A stretch of 64,000 nucleotides of DNA from Candidatus Kerfeldbacteria bacterium (GCA_016214565.1 JACROE010000002.1:408007-472006), one strand, 5' to 3'; shown: positions 18,477 to 27,655, numbered from the stretch's first letter. Program-made: numbers and translations. The notes: generated by a model from the sequence alone, not told the origin.

Positions 18477-19205
18477 ATGAATCAACTTCCTGTGAACCTT
18501 CGTATGTGGCGCAGCGCAATACTGCTTGCGTTCGGCATCTTGGTGGTGCTGGTGGGTTATGTGTACCTCTATAACGACGGATTAACGGCGCTCGCCTGGA
18601 GCCAGGCCGTGGCGGGCACTGCCGCACTCATGATTGGTATTTCTTTTGCCCTCTCTGGCATCGGCTACTGGTGGGATTTCCTGGATGCCCGCGTCGGCTA
18701 CCGTAAATATTACGGTCTAGTCGGGTACTATTTTGCCCTGCTACACTCGGTCATGCTGCTCTTCATCTTTCCCAATCGATATTGGTATGGATTTTTTGAA
18801 AACTTTTTTACACCAAACATCATCCTTGGCCTGATCGCCATGACCATTCTAACGATGATGGCAATTGTCTCAAATAATTGGGCAATGCGGCGCCTGGGGC
18901 CAATTCACTGGCGGCAACTCTTGCGCCTTGGATACCTCGCTTATGCGCTCTTAATTGTTCGAGCGCTATATATAGAAGGGGGGAATTGGCTTGCCTGGCT
19001 TCGATCATTTGATGGATTGCCGCCGCCTCGATTAATAGTCTCCATTTGTGCTGCCGCGGTTATTATCTTCCGTGGATCGGTATTTATTTCGAAAAAAGCG
19101 CGAGCGGCTCGAGCCCAGACGCTCGCCAGCCAGCCGGCACCGGCGTCAGCGGAAAATAAAACCCCCGCCGCTGATATGCACCAGGGCGGGGAGAGCAATC
19201 AATAA
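18477..19205 (+). CDS. polytopic membrane protein with spaced His residues (possibly ferric-reductase/MsrQ-like)
   Basis: About 6 TM helices with conserved-looking His in TM2 (ALLHSV) and at PIHW. The start is 3 nt after the repeat gene's stop, so it is in an operon. The heme-binding call is tentative. Confidence 0.4.
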   Translation: MNQLPVNLRMWRSAILLAFGILVVLVGYVYLYNDGLTALAWSQAVAGTAALMIGISFALSGIGYWWDFLDARVGYRKYYGLVGYYFALLHSVMLLFIFPNRYWYGFFENFFTPNIILGLIAMTILTMMAIVSNNWAMRRLGPIHWRQLLRLGYLAYALLIVRALYIEGGNWLAWLRSFDGLPPPRLIVSICAAAVIIFRGSVFISKKARAARAQTLASQPAPASAENKTPAADMHQGGESNQ

Positions 19206-19213
19206 CTGATTGC

Positions 19214-19741
19214 TTATTTGACGAGGCCGAGCCGGCCGATACGAGCCGCCACCGAGCCCAGGGGTCGCTGCATCAGTGCCGCAATTTCACGCCCGGTATG
19301 ACGGGGATAGAGCCGCCGCAACCGGCGATCTGCCTGTTTTGTCCAGGGCAATTCGACTCTCCCGTTACGGTGAATCGTTTTTTTGGTCAGGCCCAGTAAC
19401 TGCGCCTGATGGTAAATCGAGTCCCGGGTTCGCCGAAGCGAAATGCACAATTTCGCCATCGGAGTAGTCGCATACTGGCGACGAAGTTTGCGTTTTTCCG
19501 CGGCTGACCACGGTGTGCCTGATTTCACATGGATACGGGCCGAAACTTTCGGACGGCTGACCTGAGAGATTGGCTGTTTGTCGCCGAATACTGCCAGGAG
19601 CAGCCCGCGATATCGAAGGCAAATCGTCGGTTTGCCATTCATCGTGGTTGGCACCATTGACCGAGCGAATCTCAAACGCTGACCGAGCTGCTGCAGATTC
19701 CCCACCTGAACCGACGGTACCAAGGTTCCCTGTCGAGCCAT
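19214..19741 (-). CDS. DNA-binding protein with two tandem GcrA-like HTH repeats
   Basis: Repeats WSAAEKRKLRRQY....MAKLCISLRRTRDSIYHQAQLLGL and WTKQADRRLRRLY.RHTGREIAALMQRPLGSVAARIGRLGL match the GcrA N-terminal domain pattern W-[ST]-x2-E-R-x2-L-x2-L-[WY]...[IV]A..LG...[TN]AV..[KQ]..RLGL. Basic. The start may be an internal Met (MVPTT or MNGKP). Confidence 0.6.
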   Translation of the reverse strand: MARQGTLVPSVQVGNLQQLGQRLRFARSMVPTTMNGKPTICLRYRGLLLAVFGDKQPISQVSRPKVSARIHVKSGTPWSAAEKRKLRRQYATTPMAKLCISLRRTRDSIYHQAQLLGLTKKTIHRNGRVELPWTKQADRRLRRLYPRHTGREIAALMQRPLGSVAARIGRLGLVK

Positions 19742-19823
19742 ACTATCCTCCTTGATGCTGTGTAAGAGCTATTCTTCGTTTATATTCAGCAAACCTATCA
19801 CACGATTCAAACGAACGTCAAGT

Positions 19824-19862
19824 CATCAACATGACGTCTCCAAAGCTATGAAATAGATAACC
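19824..19862 (-). repeat. orphan copy of the queA 3' coding end (39 nt, 36/39 identical to 20604-20642)
   Basis: The reverse complement reads GYLFHSFGDVMLMT*, against the queA C-terminus YRFHSFGDAMLMV*. It lies about 85 nt upstream of the first GcrA-like gene. Confidence 0.75.
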
Positions 19863-20048
19863 ACACAGTACGATCGTCAACGACAGTACATTCCTTATGC
19901 ATATGATTTCCGTGTCTCAATATGTATCCCGAAGAAATGCCATAAGCTGCATTAAACTATCGTGTCGCCCAAATCCGCAATCCTAAGTAATATAAATAAA
20001 AAGAGAGCCCTTCATAGGACTCCCTTAACAGTATGACTTCCAGATAAC

Positions 20049-20480
20049 CTACCAGGCCACCAGCAGTCGCGGCCGCTTAAACCGTTTCGGCTCTCTGAGC
20101 TGACGCGGTGGCAGCTTATTGATGCTGAAGTAAGCTGCCTGCTTCCGTATGGCACTGGGAGTCCGTTTGAGCTGTGTGGCCATCCACCGGGTGATAGAGA
20201 ACGGATAGTATCGGCGCAAAAAGTTCAGTTCTGAACGAAGCCACGGCCGTTTGACATACTGCTTTTTGCTCCGCCATGTCCTTGATGCGGGCAACTCAAG
20301 CGCGCTATCTAACGCCATAAACCGGATTCTGATTCCGCACAATGCAGCCTGCTTACGCACGGCATTCATTGACCGACCAAGTCTCTCTGCTACCCATTCG
20401 GTGGGATACTCACCATAGAGCTCGAACAAAAGAAACCTTTCATTTTCGCTCCAACGATTGCCGGCTCGCTGTTGAGACAT
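20049..20480 (-). CDS. DNA-binding protein with two tandem GcrA-like HTH repeats (paralog)
   Basis: Repeats WSENERFLLFELYGEYPTEWVAERLGRSMNAVRKQAALCGI and WLRSELNFLRRYYPFSITRWMATQLKRTPSAIRKQAAYFSI, with the same architecture as 19214-19741 but diverged. A plausible minus-strand promoter lies about 60-95 nt upstream (TTGACA at 20571-20576 on the minus strand). Confidence 0.6.
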   Translation of the reverse strand: MSQQRAGNRWSENERFLLFELYGEYPTEWVAERLGRSMNAVRKQAALCGIRIRFMALDSALELPASRTWRSKKQYVKRPWLRSELNFLRRYYPFSITRWMATQLKRTPSAIRKQAAYFSINKLPPRQLREPKRFKRPRLLVAW

Positions 20481-20597
20481 GCGATATCCTCCTTCTGTTT
20501 TTCTATTTCAATATATCGAAGAACTATTATTTATCACGTGAATAGATTATATTAGCCCCCTATTAATTTGATTGTCAATAGGCGCTCATAGAGCGGC

Positions 20598-21632
20598 CTA
20601 CACCATCAACATAGCGTCTCCAAAGCTATGAAATCGATAACCGCGCCGCAGTCCACTGCGATAAGCGCGGAGAATCTTCTCTCGTCCAGCAAAAGCCGAT
20701 ACCAATAATAAAAGGCTTGATTGCGGTACATGAAAATTAGTAATCATGGCGTCCGTCATCCGGAACCCGTACCCGGGATAAATATAAGTATTGATCCAAC
20801 CCTGAAAAGCGCCGATGTGTTTTCGTGCCAGCGCGGTTTCTAACACTCGAACAGATGTGGTGCCCACCGCGATCACGCGCCGGCCTTCTTTCTTTGCTTG
20901 GTGAATCCGCCGCGCCGTTCCACCATCGACAACAGCATGTTCCCGATGCATACGATGCTTGGTAATATCATCGGTGGTAATCGGTTGAAACGTACCAAAA
21001 CCCACATGCAATGTCACATACTCCAGTTGCACACCCATACGTTTCAGTTTAAGCAACAACCGCTTGGTAAAATGAAACCCCGCTGTGGGCGCCGCCACGG
21101 AGCCGATCGGACCAGCATACACGGTTTGATAATCGGGCAATCGGGCAGCGCGTTTAATGTAGGGCGGGGTGGGGGTCGAACCAATCAACTCGGCAATACG
21201 CCGAACCCGATCGGGCAAAGCGGAAAATCGCACCTGCCAAACGCCGGCACTGCCTTGTTTGCTGATCACCCCCGATAACCCACGGCCAAACCGCAGCCGC
21301 ATTCCGATACGCCGAATTTTTCCGCCGATGAGCACCTCCCAAGTTTTGCCGTGCCTAGGACGCAATAAAAATACTTCGAGCTTACCGCCGGTTTCTTTCC
21401 GCGCCATTAATCGGGCGGGGAAGACTTTGCTGTTGTTGAAGACGAGGACGTCGCCCGGCTGAAGAAATTGGGGCAGATCAAAAAAATGGCGGTGCTGCAA
21501 AACGCCGGTCTGCCGATCCATCACCAACAACCGCGAGTGATCCCGCGGTCGGATTGGCTTCTGGGCAATTGCCTGCGACGGCACACGATAATCAAACTGT
21601 GCCAGGCGGAGTCGGGGGTAGCGTTTGGGCAT
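20598..21632 (-). CDS. queA: S-adenosylmethionine:tRNA ribosyltransferase-isomerase
   Basis: QueA-typical N-terminus (L.DFDY.VP...IAQ.P...RD.S.LLV) and C-terminus (GYRF.SFGDAMLM), about 340 aa. Confidence 0.85.
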   Translation of the reverse strand: MPKRYPRLRLAQFDYRVPSQAIAQKPIRPRDHSRLLVMDRQTGVLQHRHFFDLPQFLQPGDVLVFNNSKVFPARLMARKETGGKLEVFLLRPRHGKTWEVLIGGKIRRIGMRLRFGRGLSGVISKQGSAGVWQVRFSALPDRVRRIAELIGSTPTPPYIKRAARLPDYQTVYAGPIGSVAAPTAGFHFTKRLLLKLKRMGVQLEYVTLHVGFGTFQPITTDDITKHRMHREHAVVDGGTARRIHQAKKEGRRVIAVGTTSVRVLETALARKHIGAFQGWINTYIYPGYGFRMTDAMITNFHVPQSSLLLLVSAFAGREKILRAYRSGLRRGYRFHSFGDAMLMV

Positions 21633-22218
21633 TAGAAGTTGGTTGAGCAGCGCCGGGAGTAGTTATCGACGCCGCTGGTTGATAGGCATTATGTAAATCA
21701 AGGATGTGTTTGGCGACCAGGTCGGCATTCGGCACATCGGCAAACATGAACCGATCCTGCTCTGAAGCGGTTTGCACACTGATGCTACCATAACGGAAAA
21801 TAGTGGGAAGAAAACCCTTGGTCTCGCTACTCACATCTTGGATTTGATTGAGCAGTAATTCAGAGGTTGTGCGATGAAATAATCCATGCTGCTCCGTCGC
21901 AATAATCCGCTTATTAGTAATAAACCAAACGTCTAAATAATAATCAACCCAGGCATGGTAGATAAATAAAGTAATATACAGATAAAAAATACTGCCCAAT
22001 AACACCAGTAATAAATAAGCGAGACTAGCCTGATCGTCGAGTAGTATGGTGAATCGGTACAAGAGGAACACAATCACTACCGGCAGTATCCCGCCGATGA
22101 GAAACATGAAGATGCGGCTACCTAAGGCAACCTTATGCCGACGCAATACTTGATCAACCCGCTCGTCAGCCGATAATCCTGGCAGATAATAGTTACTCCA
22201 GTCCTTCATTGGCGTCAT
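21592..22218 (-). CDS. membrane protein with a bacterial PH (YdbT/YdbS-like) domain
   Basis: Two N-terminal TM helices, then a bPH_2-like block (WFITNKRIIATEQHGLFHRTTSELLLNQIQDV...). Overlaps queA by 41 nt. Confidence 0.5.
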   Translation of the reverse strand: MTPMKDWSNYYLPGLSADERVDQVLRRHKVALGSRIFMFLIGGILPVVIVFLLYRFTILLDDQASLAYLLLVLLGSIFYLYITLFIYHAWVDYYLDVWFITNKRIIATEQHGLFHRTTSELLLNQIQDVSSETKGFLPTIFRYGSISVQTASEQDRFMFADVPNADLVAKHILDLHNAYQPAASITTPGAAQPTSNAQTLPPTPPGTV

Positions 22219-22453
22219 TTATAAATGGTAGGGAAATCGAAATCGGCTCATTCCAGGGGAAATCTTTCAGGACGGCAAAGGTACCCAAGATAATACCGAC
22301 GGTAAAAACTAAGAAAAGAAGTGACATAATAATGCTAGGTGCTCGCAAATGCGAAAAACGAATCACATGGTAAATATTGAGCAGGCCCATGAAAACAAAC
22401 GCGCTGATTATCAACACATATACAATCACGATGTAGACGGGTGTAAATTCCAT
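22193..22453 (-). CDS. small 2-TM membrane protein (YdbS-like partner)
   Basis: 86 aa, two hydrophobic helices. Overlaps the downstream PH-domain gene by 26 nt, resembling the ydbS-ydbT pairing. Confidence 0.4.
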   Translation of the reverse strand: MEFTPVYIVIVYVLIISAFVFMGLLNIYHVIRFSHLRAPSIIMSLLFLVFTVGIILGTFAVLKDFPWNEPISISLPFINDANEGLE

Positions 22454-22497
22454 ATGAAAATAGTATACCCTGTTTGTCCGCTGCCATCTAGGTCAGC

Positions 22498-23184
22498 TTG
22501 ACCGAGCCGAAGGGAATCCGTACAATGAAGCCCACTATGACAAAACGAACAATGCACATCAGCATAACCGTACTCCTGGTAGTTGCCACGGTGACTGTTG
22601 GCTATTTGGTATTCCAAAAATGGCGGGGGAACACCAATGTCGTGGCAGGTGACATCACGGTGATACCTGGAACACGAACGAATACCAACGTGGTCCCGGT
22701 TCATCGGGTGCCACTCGAACGAGGCGAGCCGAATCGCATCCACATCCCTGATCGAGATATACAAGCGCCCGTCGTATACGTCGAAGAGGCCAATGAAGAA
22801 CGATTTCAGGAAGCACTAGCAAGCGGCGTGGTACACTATCCAGGAACAGCGGCGGTTGGTGAGCTCGGCAATCCCTACATCTTTGGACATTCATCTGACT
22901 ACGCCTGGAAACCGGGCAGCTACAAAAAAGTGTTTGCCCCGCTGGTAGATATCCCGATAGGTACGGCGGTGCGCATTACTAATGACGCGGGAGAACTATA
23001 CATCTATACAGTGATTGAAACAAAAGTGGTGGGCCCGAAGGACGTTTCTGTACTAGATCAATACAATAATGAGCGATATATGCTCACCCTGCAGACATCC
23101 TATCCAATCGGAACCGCGCTCAAACGGTTTATCGCCGTGTGTGAGCTGGATAGTGAAGCAACGTTTGGCCCGGCCACTAACTAG
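22498..23184 (+). CDS. sortase-family protein whose TLXTC catalytic Cys reads as Ser (TLQTS)
   Basis: Aligns by eye to SrtA: FGHSSD (His loop), LTLQTSYP (for LTLITCDD) and KRFIAVCEL (for RKIFVATEV, the Arg). N-terminal TM anchor. The Ser is codon tcc. Confidence 0.6.
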   Translation: MTEPKGIRTMKPTMTKRTMHISITVLLVVATVTVGYLVFQKWRGNTNVVAGDITVIPGTRTNTNVVPVHRVPLERGEPNRIHIPDRDIQAPVVYVEEANEERFQEALASGVVHYPGTAAVGELGNPYIFGHSSDYAWKPGSYKKVFAPLVDIPIGTAVRITNDAGELYIYTVIETKVVGPKDVSVLDQYNNERYMLTLQTSYPIGTALKRFIAVCELDSEATFGPATN

Positions 23185-24206
23185 ACCAGTTTGCTCTGCA
23201 AATTCTTTGGCTCTTCTTTGCCTAAATGGCGATAAGCGGCTGCCGTAGCTACCCGTCCCCGCGGCGTCCGCGCCAGGAATCCAATCTGCATCAAGAATGG
23301 CTCGTAGACATCTTCGAGCGTGCTTTGATCTTCGGCAATCGCCGCCGCAATCGTATTCAGGCCGACCGGCCCGCCGGAATAATGATCAATAATATAATGA
23401 AGAATCTTCCGATCAGTTTCGTCTAGGCCAAAAGCGTCAATTGCCAGGCGCTCCAATGCTTCATTGGCCATGGCTACCGTGATCGCTCCATCGCCTTTGA
23501 CCTGTGCGTAATCACGGACACGTTTTAAAAGCCGATTGGCGATGCGCGGCGTTCGTCGTGCCCGCTTAGCAACTTCTGCCAGTGCTTCGGGTTCTGCTGA
23601 AACGCCTAAAATCTTGGCAGATCGTTTAATAATCTGCTCAATGTCTTTCTGCTCATAAAAATCCAAGCGATACACATTGCCAAACCGATCCCGGAGCGGG
23701 GAGGAGAGGAGATGCACCCGCGTCGTCGCGCCGACTAAGGTAAAGCGAGGCAAATCCAAACGTAAAGTTTTTGCTGATGGGCCTTTACCCACTACGATAT
23801 CAAGTGCGTACTCCTCCATAGCCGGATAGAGCACTTCCTCGATCAAGCGATTCAATCGATGAATTTCATCAATAAATAAAATATCTCCATCGTTAAGATT
23901 GGTAATGATGGCGCCGAGGTCTCCCGCTTTCTCAATGGCTGGACCGGAGGTAACGCGAATATTAACCCCCATCTCGGCCGCGATAATATGGGCAAGAGTA
24001 GTTTTGCCAATGCCGGGCGGACCATGGAGCAGGACGTGCTCAATCGGCTCGTCGCGCTTTTTAGCCGCCTGCATAAAAATTGTCAGGTTGTCTTTTACTT
24101 TCTCCTGACCAATAAATTCATTAAGTGTCTTTGGCCGCAAACTCAAATCAAAACCGTCATCCTCGGCTTGTTCCTCCTGAGCTACAATGCGATCAGTCGT
24201 CACCAT
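23181..24206 (-). CDS. ruvB: Holliday junction branch-migration helicase RuvB
   Basis: Walker [10 protein letters not shown], Walker B DEIHRL, sensor motifs, and a RuvB N-terminus ([19 protein letters not shown]). Confidence 0.9.
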   Translation of the reverse strand: MVTTDRIVAQEEQAEDDGFDLSLRPKTLNEFIGQEKVKDNLTIFMQAAKKRDEPIEHVLLHGPPGIGKTTLAHIIAAEMGVNIRVTSGPAIEKAGDLGAIITNLNDGDILFIDEIHRLNRLIEEVLYPAMEEYALDIVVGKGPSAKTLRLDLPRFTLVGATTRVHLLSSPLRDRFGNVYRLDFYEQKDIEQIIKRSAKILGVSAEPEALAEVAKRARRTPRIANRLLKRVRDYAQVKGDGAITVAMANEALERLAIDAFGLDETDRKILHYIIDHYSGGPVGLNTIAAAIAEDQSTLEDVYEPFLMQIGFLARTPRGRVATAAAYRHLGKEEPKNLQSKLV

Positions 24207-24218
24207 GGCACTCTATAA

Positions 24219-25268
24219 TTATTTTTTCTTGCGGTGGGCGGGCTTGCGTTTACCGGGTTTGCTTGATGTGGCTAAGCGTTTTGCTGCGGCACCGCGTCGA
24301 ACGCGAATCAACCCTGCGACAGGCACTATTTCCACGCCGCGTGACTCAATTTCGTCCAGAAATAAATTCATCCCGAGCGAATCCGATGACATATGCCCAG
24401 CAATAATCACATTCAAATGGTGTTGCTCTGCTTGCTTCTTGTGCTCTTCCTGCATATGCATACCAATGATGGTGCCGACGCCGGCATGAGCCAAGCGTTC
24501 ATACATGTCTTTTGAACCAGAGGTGCCGCCCGTCACTTCCGTTACCGCAATTTTACCCACAAACCGATCCTCGGTACCCGCATAAAGCACGGGGCCGGCT
24601 TTTAATTTCGTGGCTGCCTGGTATTCTGGGATTTCTTTGAGTAGGCGCATAATATCACCAACCGTATCAATCTCTTTGCTCTTACGTTCAAAGAGTCGCA
24701 TCAGGAAGGTGGCCACCATATTGTCGGTAGTCGTATGCGTGCACAGGAGCGGATAGCCCAGCAGCCGAGCAGCATCAACCACGCGATTATGATTAATCGG
24801 ACTCACTGATCGGGACACCTCGCTCATGCGGAGATGAATCAATGATTCTGCAACGGTAATAGGAACGCCATAGGTTTCCATAATTTCCGCCTGCATATGC
24901 ATGACTTCATGCAGACCAGCTAACGCGGCGCCAATCGGATGGTGCGCCCAAACCAGATCAATAGGTTTGCCCATATCTGATAATTCCTTGGCAAGCAATA
25001 CCTCTTCAGTACCAATATCAATGCCAACCATAGCTCGACGGATCGGACGATCAGGGGACGCATTGAAATAGCGCGTATCAGAATACGGATTCGTCAACGA
25101 TTCTCGATCGTATTCTTTCTTCTCGTCGGCTGTCATGTGTGCAAATCGCTTTGCTTCGCGTGCCAATTTACGAGATAACGCAGCGCGACCGCGCAAATCG
25201 TTTTCAATGCCGCGACGGATGGCTAAATCGTAAATTTGTTTGATGGTCATCATAGTGATAGTAATCAA
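24219..25268 (-). CDS. Nif3/YqfO-family dinuclear-metal protein
   Basis: Conserved His clusters (WAHHP, MHMQ, AGHMSSD) and the overall Nif3-like pattern. Lys-rich C-terminal tail. Confidence 0.5.
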   Translation of the reverse strand: MITITMMTIKQIYDLAIRRGIENDLRGRAALSRKLAREAKRFAHMTADEKKEYDRESLTNPYSDTRYFNASPDRPIRRAMVGIDIGTEEVLLAKELSDMGKPIDLVWAHHPIGAALAGLHEVMHMQAEIMETYGVPITVAESLIHLRMSEVSRSVSPINHNRVVDAARLLGYPLLCTHTTTDNMVATFLMRLFERKSKEIDTVGDIMRLLKEIPEYQAATKLKAGPVLYAGTEDRFVGKIAVTEVTGGTSGSKDMYERLAHAGVGTIIGMHMQEEHKKQAEQHHLNVIIAGHMSSDSLGMNLFLDEIESRGVEIVPVAGLIRVRRGAAAKRLATSSKPGKRKPAHRKKK

Positions 25269-25345
25269 TCAGAAAATTAGCCTACTCATAGTACCACCTG
25301 CCCGCACCCCTTGACAAGGTTCAGTAGGCATGCTATCATGGCCTG

Positions 25346-25520
25346 TTCATTAATAAATCTCTCATTTTCGGTACCTCCAGAAAGGTGCGAAAATCAAAGG
25401 AGTACGCCAGCCTGCAGTCACGACAAGCATGGAGGTTGTTCATATTCGGATGATCGGGGATTCGTCCTTGGCCATACCAGGGAACAACCTTCTTGACTGC
25501 AGACTAGTGTACTTTTTTTG
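25346..25520 (+). ncRNA. candidate small structured RNA (unrecognised) with its own promoter
   Basis: Promoter TTGACA (25311-25316), 17-nt spacer, TATCAT (25334-25339). The transcript would contain long-range pairing ctgcagtca (25412-25420)/tgactgcag (25494-25502) and aggttgttc (25433-25441)/gaacaacct (25482-25490), and end at a T7 run (25514-25520). No plus-strand ORF follows. Confidence 0.25.
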
Positions 25521-25551
25521 TACCAAAAAACAGCCTCGCCGGCCGAGGCGG
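25521..25551 (-). terminator. rho-independent terminator of the VanW-like gene
   Basis: Stem gcctcg/cgaggc (25534-25549) directly after the stop at 25552. On the minus strand it is followed by a T-run (plus-strand AAAAAA at 25525-25530). Confidence 0.5.
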
Positions 25552-27417
25552 CTACAGCGCCTCTTCGGTTGCCGCGGGTTCAGCCGGAGTCGGCTCAACT
25601 CCAATCAGACACACTTCCTGCCACGGTTTATAATGACTGCGAAACGTTTCCTCCATCACCTCCCCATTAGCATAGGTTACCGTCCGATTAAACTCAGCGT
25701 CAGCGCCGGTGTGGGCTTTTTCTGTACACTTTTTGACCCCGGGAGCGAGGTCGGTAGTTTCGATCAGCTTGGTTGGCCCCGGCGGTGCTAAATTATAAAT
25801 CCGCGGATTGGTCAGAGATACTGTTCGACCATCGTCGGTGCCATATAATCGAAAAACAAGTTCATCGCCATTGATTTCTGTAGTTAGTAAGACGTGATGT
25901 CCAGTGTCATTGATAAATTTGAAATCCGGTGCCGGATCATAGATGGTTGCATCAGTCCCCGCGGGTTCGTAATACGAGACGCGGTACGAATGATTCTTCC
26001 GTTCAGTTATTTTCAAACCCGCATCAAGTACTGAGCGGAAGGTGGTGGTGCCAATCTGGCACAGCCCTCCGCCATATTCAGGCACGGTCTTATTGCCTTT
26101 GATAACCAACTCTTGTTTGTAACCGTGCTCACCATCTATTTCTCCCAGTGCATTGATCAGAGAAAACTCTTCTCCAGGTTTGATCATCAAACCATTCAGC
26201 GCACTAGCCCCAACGCCGATATTATGTCGACGATTAGCGGGACTTCCTTTAAAATTGGAGCGGCCTTCACCAATTAATTCTTTGATGCCATAGCTCAGGG
26301 CGCTCCCCTCGGTTGCTTCGGGTGCAATAATATCAACGACGAGTTGTGCTGATTGAGCGTCGCTCTGAATCATGGCATTTAACTCAACTACAGAAGCTGC
26401 GATATCGACGGTTCTACCTTCTTCCGCTGGCTGAAATTCAGTCACTCGACCATTGCTTACCTGAAATTTTGATTCTTTGACGGCAACGTCAACTCCAGTT
26501 GCAACCTCTTCTAAAAAAGCCACGGCCTGATCATTGTCTAAAACAACGGTGAATACGCCATCAACCGCTGCTGGCCGTATCCATGCCGCAATCTGATCAC
26601 GGGTTATCTCCCATTTTTTTTCATCAAACTGCAACTGATATGGTGCCCGGGCTAATACATCACCAACGGTAGAAATAAGCGTGGTAGCTTCCGCGGCGTC
26701 TACGTCGGGTTGGTCGGGCTGCAAACTAATCGGAATCGACGCGGTCTGCATTGATAACAATTGGGAAGTAATGGAGCTCATAATATCCGTATAGGAAAAA
26801 GCGGTGCCCGCTTCTGCCGGAGCTACGGTAATCGAGTCATCCGCAATGACAAATACTGCATCATGCGCGGGTGCTTCATAGGCGCTCAACAATGCCTTCA
26901 GCGCTTTTGACATGGCCACCGCATCAATGCTCAAGCTGGGACGGTATGTTTTTCCCCGAAGAGCATAGTAGGCGCGCTCAGGGTAACTCATACTTCGCTG
27001 ATCAGCGATAATATCATTCAAAGACTCGTCAATGTGGTACGACGCAAGTGGTGTAGCCAATTCTGGGTTGGCCGCATCGCCATACACCATTTCCAAACCA
27101 ACCGCGTGTGCGTCATACACCAAGGTGATCCCCGTATCTAATAACTCATTAGTATGGCGTACGAGGGCGTCGCGGGCAGCATCATATGATCGATCTCCAA
27201 TATCATATGTGCCCACACGGGTATGAGGCAACAATCGAGCATCAAATTGCGCGCCATAGGCAAATGTTCCGAGCAAAACTGAACCCCCCACCACGATAGA
27301 GATCCCGAGCACTAACAGTGGGGCCCGATATGTTCGAAAAGAAAAACGTGGCGCCGTAGAACTAGGAGCTTTCGTGCTGTTACTCTTTTTTGTCGTTTGT
27401 TTTTTTGCCATACACAA
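25552..27417 (-). CDS. VanW-family protein (secreted/anchored, G5-like N-terminal region)
   Basis: N-terminal TM anchor. The C-terminal half carries the VanW signature around EYGGGLCQIGTTTFRSVLDAGL. Confidence 0.7.
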   Translation of the reverse strand: MCMAKKQTTKKSNSTKAPSSTAPRFSFRTYRAPLLVLGISIVVGGSVLLGTFAYGAQFDARLLPHTRVGTYDIGDRSYDAARDALVRHTNELLDTGITLVYDAHAVGLEMVYGDAANPELATPLASYHIDESLNDIIADQRSMSYPERAYYALRGKTYRPSLSIDAVAMSKALKALLSAYEAPAHDAVFVIADDSITVAPAEAGTAFSYTDIMSSITSQLLSMQTASIPISLQPDQPDVDAAEATTLISTVGDVLARAPYQLQFDEKKWEITRDQIAAWIRPAAVDGVFTVVLDNDQAVAFLEEVATGVDVAVKESKFQVSNGRVTEFQPAEEGRTVDIAASVVELNAMIQSDAQSAQLVVDIIAPEATEGSALSYGIKELIGEGRSNFKGSPANRRHNIGVGASALNGLMIKPGEEFSLINALGEIDGEHGYKQELVIKGNKTVPEYGGGLCQIGTTTFRSVLDAGLKITERKNHSYRVSYYEPAGTDATIYDPAPDFKFINDTGHHVLLTTEINGDELVFRLYGTDDGRTVSLTNPRIYNLAPPGPTKLIETTDLAPGVKKCTEKAHTGADAEFNRTVTYANGEVMEETFRSHYKPWQEVCLIGVEPTPAEPAATEEAL

Positions 27418-27651
27418 CTACGAGCGCAATAGCGTATTTAATACGGCACGTGCCAGCTCCTCACGATGCTGCTCTTCAGAGAGCGGAGTGGAGAGGACAA
27501 GCTGAAAAACAGCCCCCTGAGTCAGCGCTTCAGGCAAGTCCTTGATGGGCCAGCGGACAATTTGATGATCTGCCAATTCTAAAAGCGCCTGCGTTCCTTC
27601 AAACCCTTTGACGGTAACCGTGGTTTGGTACGCGGCCGGTGTCATCATCAT
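27418..27651 (-). CDS. DUF3006-like small protein
   Basis: 77-aa pattern G.EG.QALLEL.D.QIVRWP...LPE....GAV matches my recollection of DUF3006. It is 3 nt downstream of the Hsp20 gene. Confidence 0.4.
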   Translation of the reverse strand: MMMTPAAYQTTVTVKGFEGTQALLELADHQIVRWPIKDLPEALTQGAVFQLVLSTPLSEEQHREELARAVLNTLLRS

Positions 27652-27655
27652 GGGA

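Noticed and set aside
19742-20048. 300-nt ORF-free stretch between the two GcrA-like genes as a possible ncRNA
   Set aside because: Apart from the queA-end repeat copy, no convincing promoter, terminator or stable structure was found. It was treated as UTR/intergenic of the duplicated module.
25498-25520. Plus-strand intrinsic terminator interpretation of the T7 run
   Set aside because: The T-run is separated from the preceding helix by about 10 nt, so it is not a textbook terminator. I kept it only as weak support for the ncRNA candidate. The better-formed hairpin at 25534-25549 belongs to the minus-strand VanW-like gene.
25429-25791. 120-aa plus-strand ORF overlapping the VanW-like 3' end
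   Set aside because: It is antisense to a well-supported CDS. The only interesting part of this region is the upstream promoter and structured segment, reported separately.
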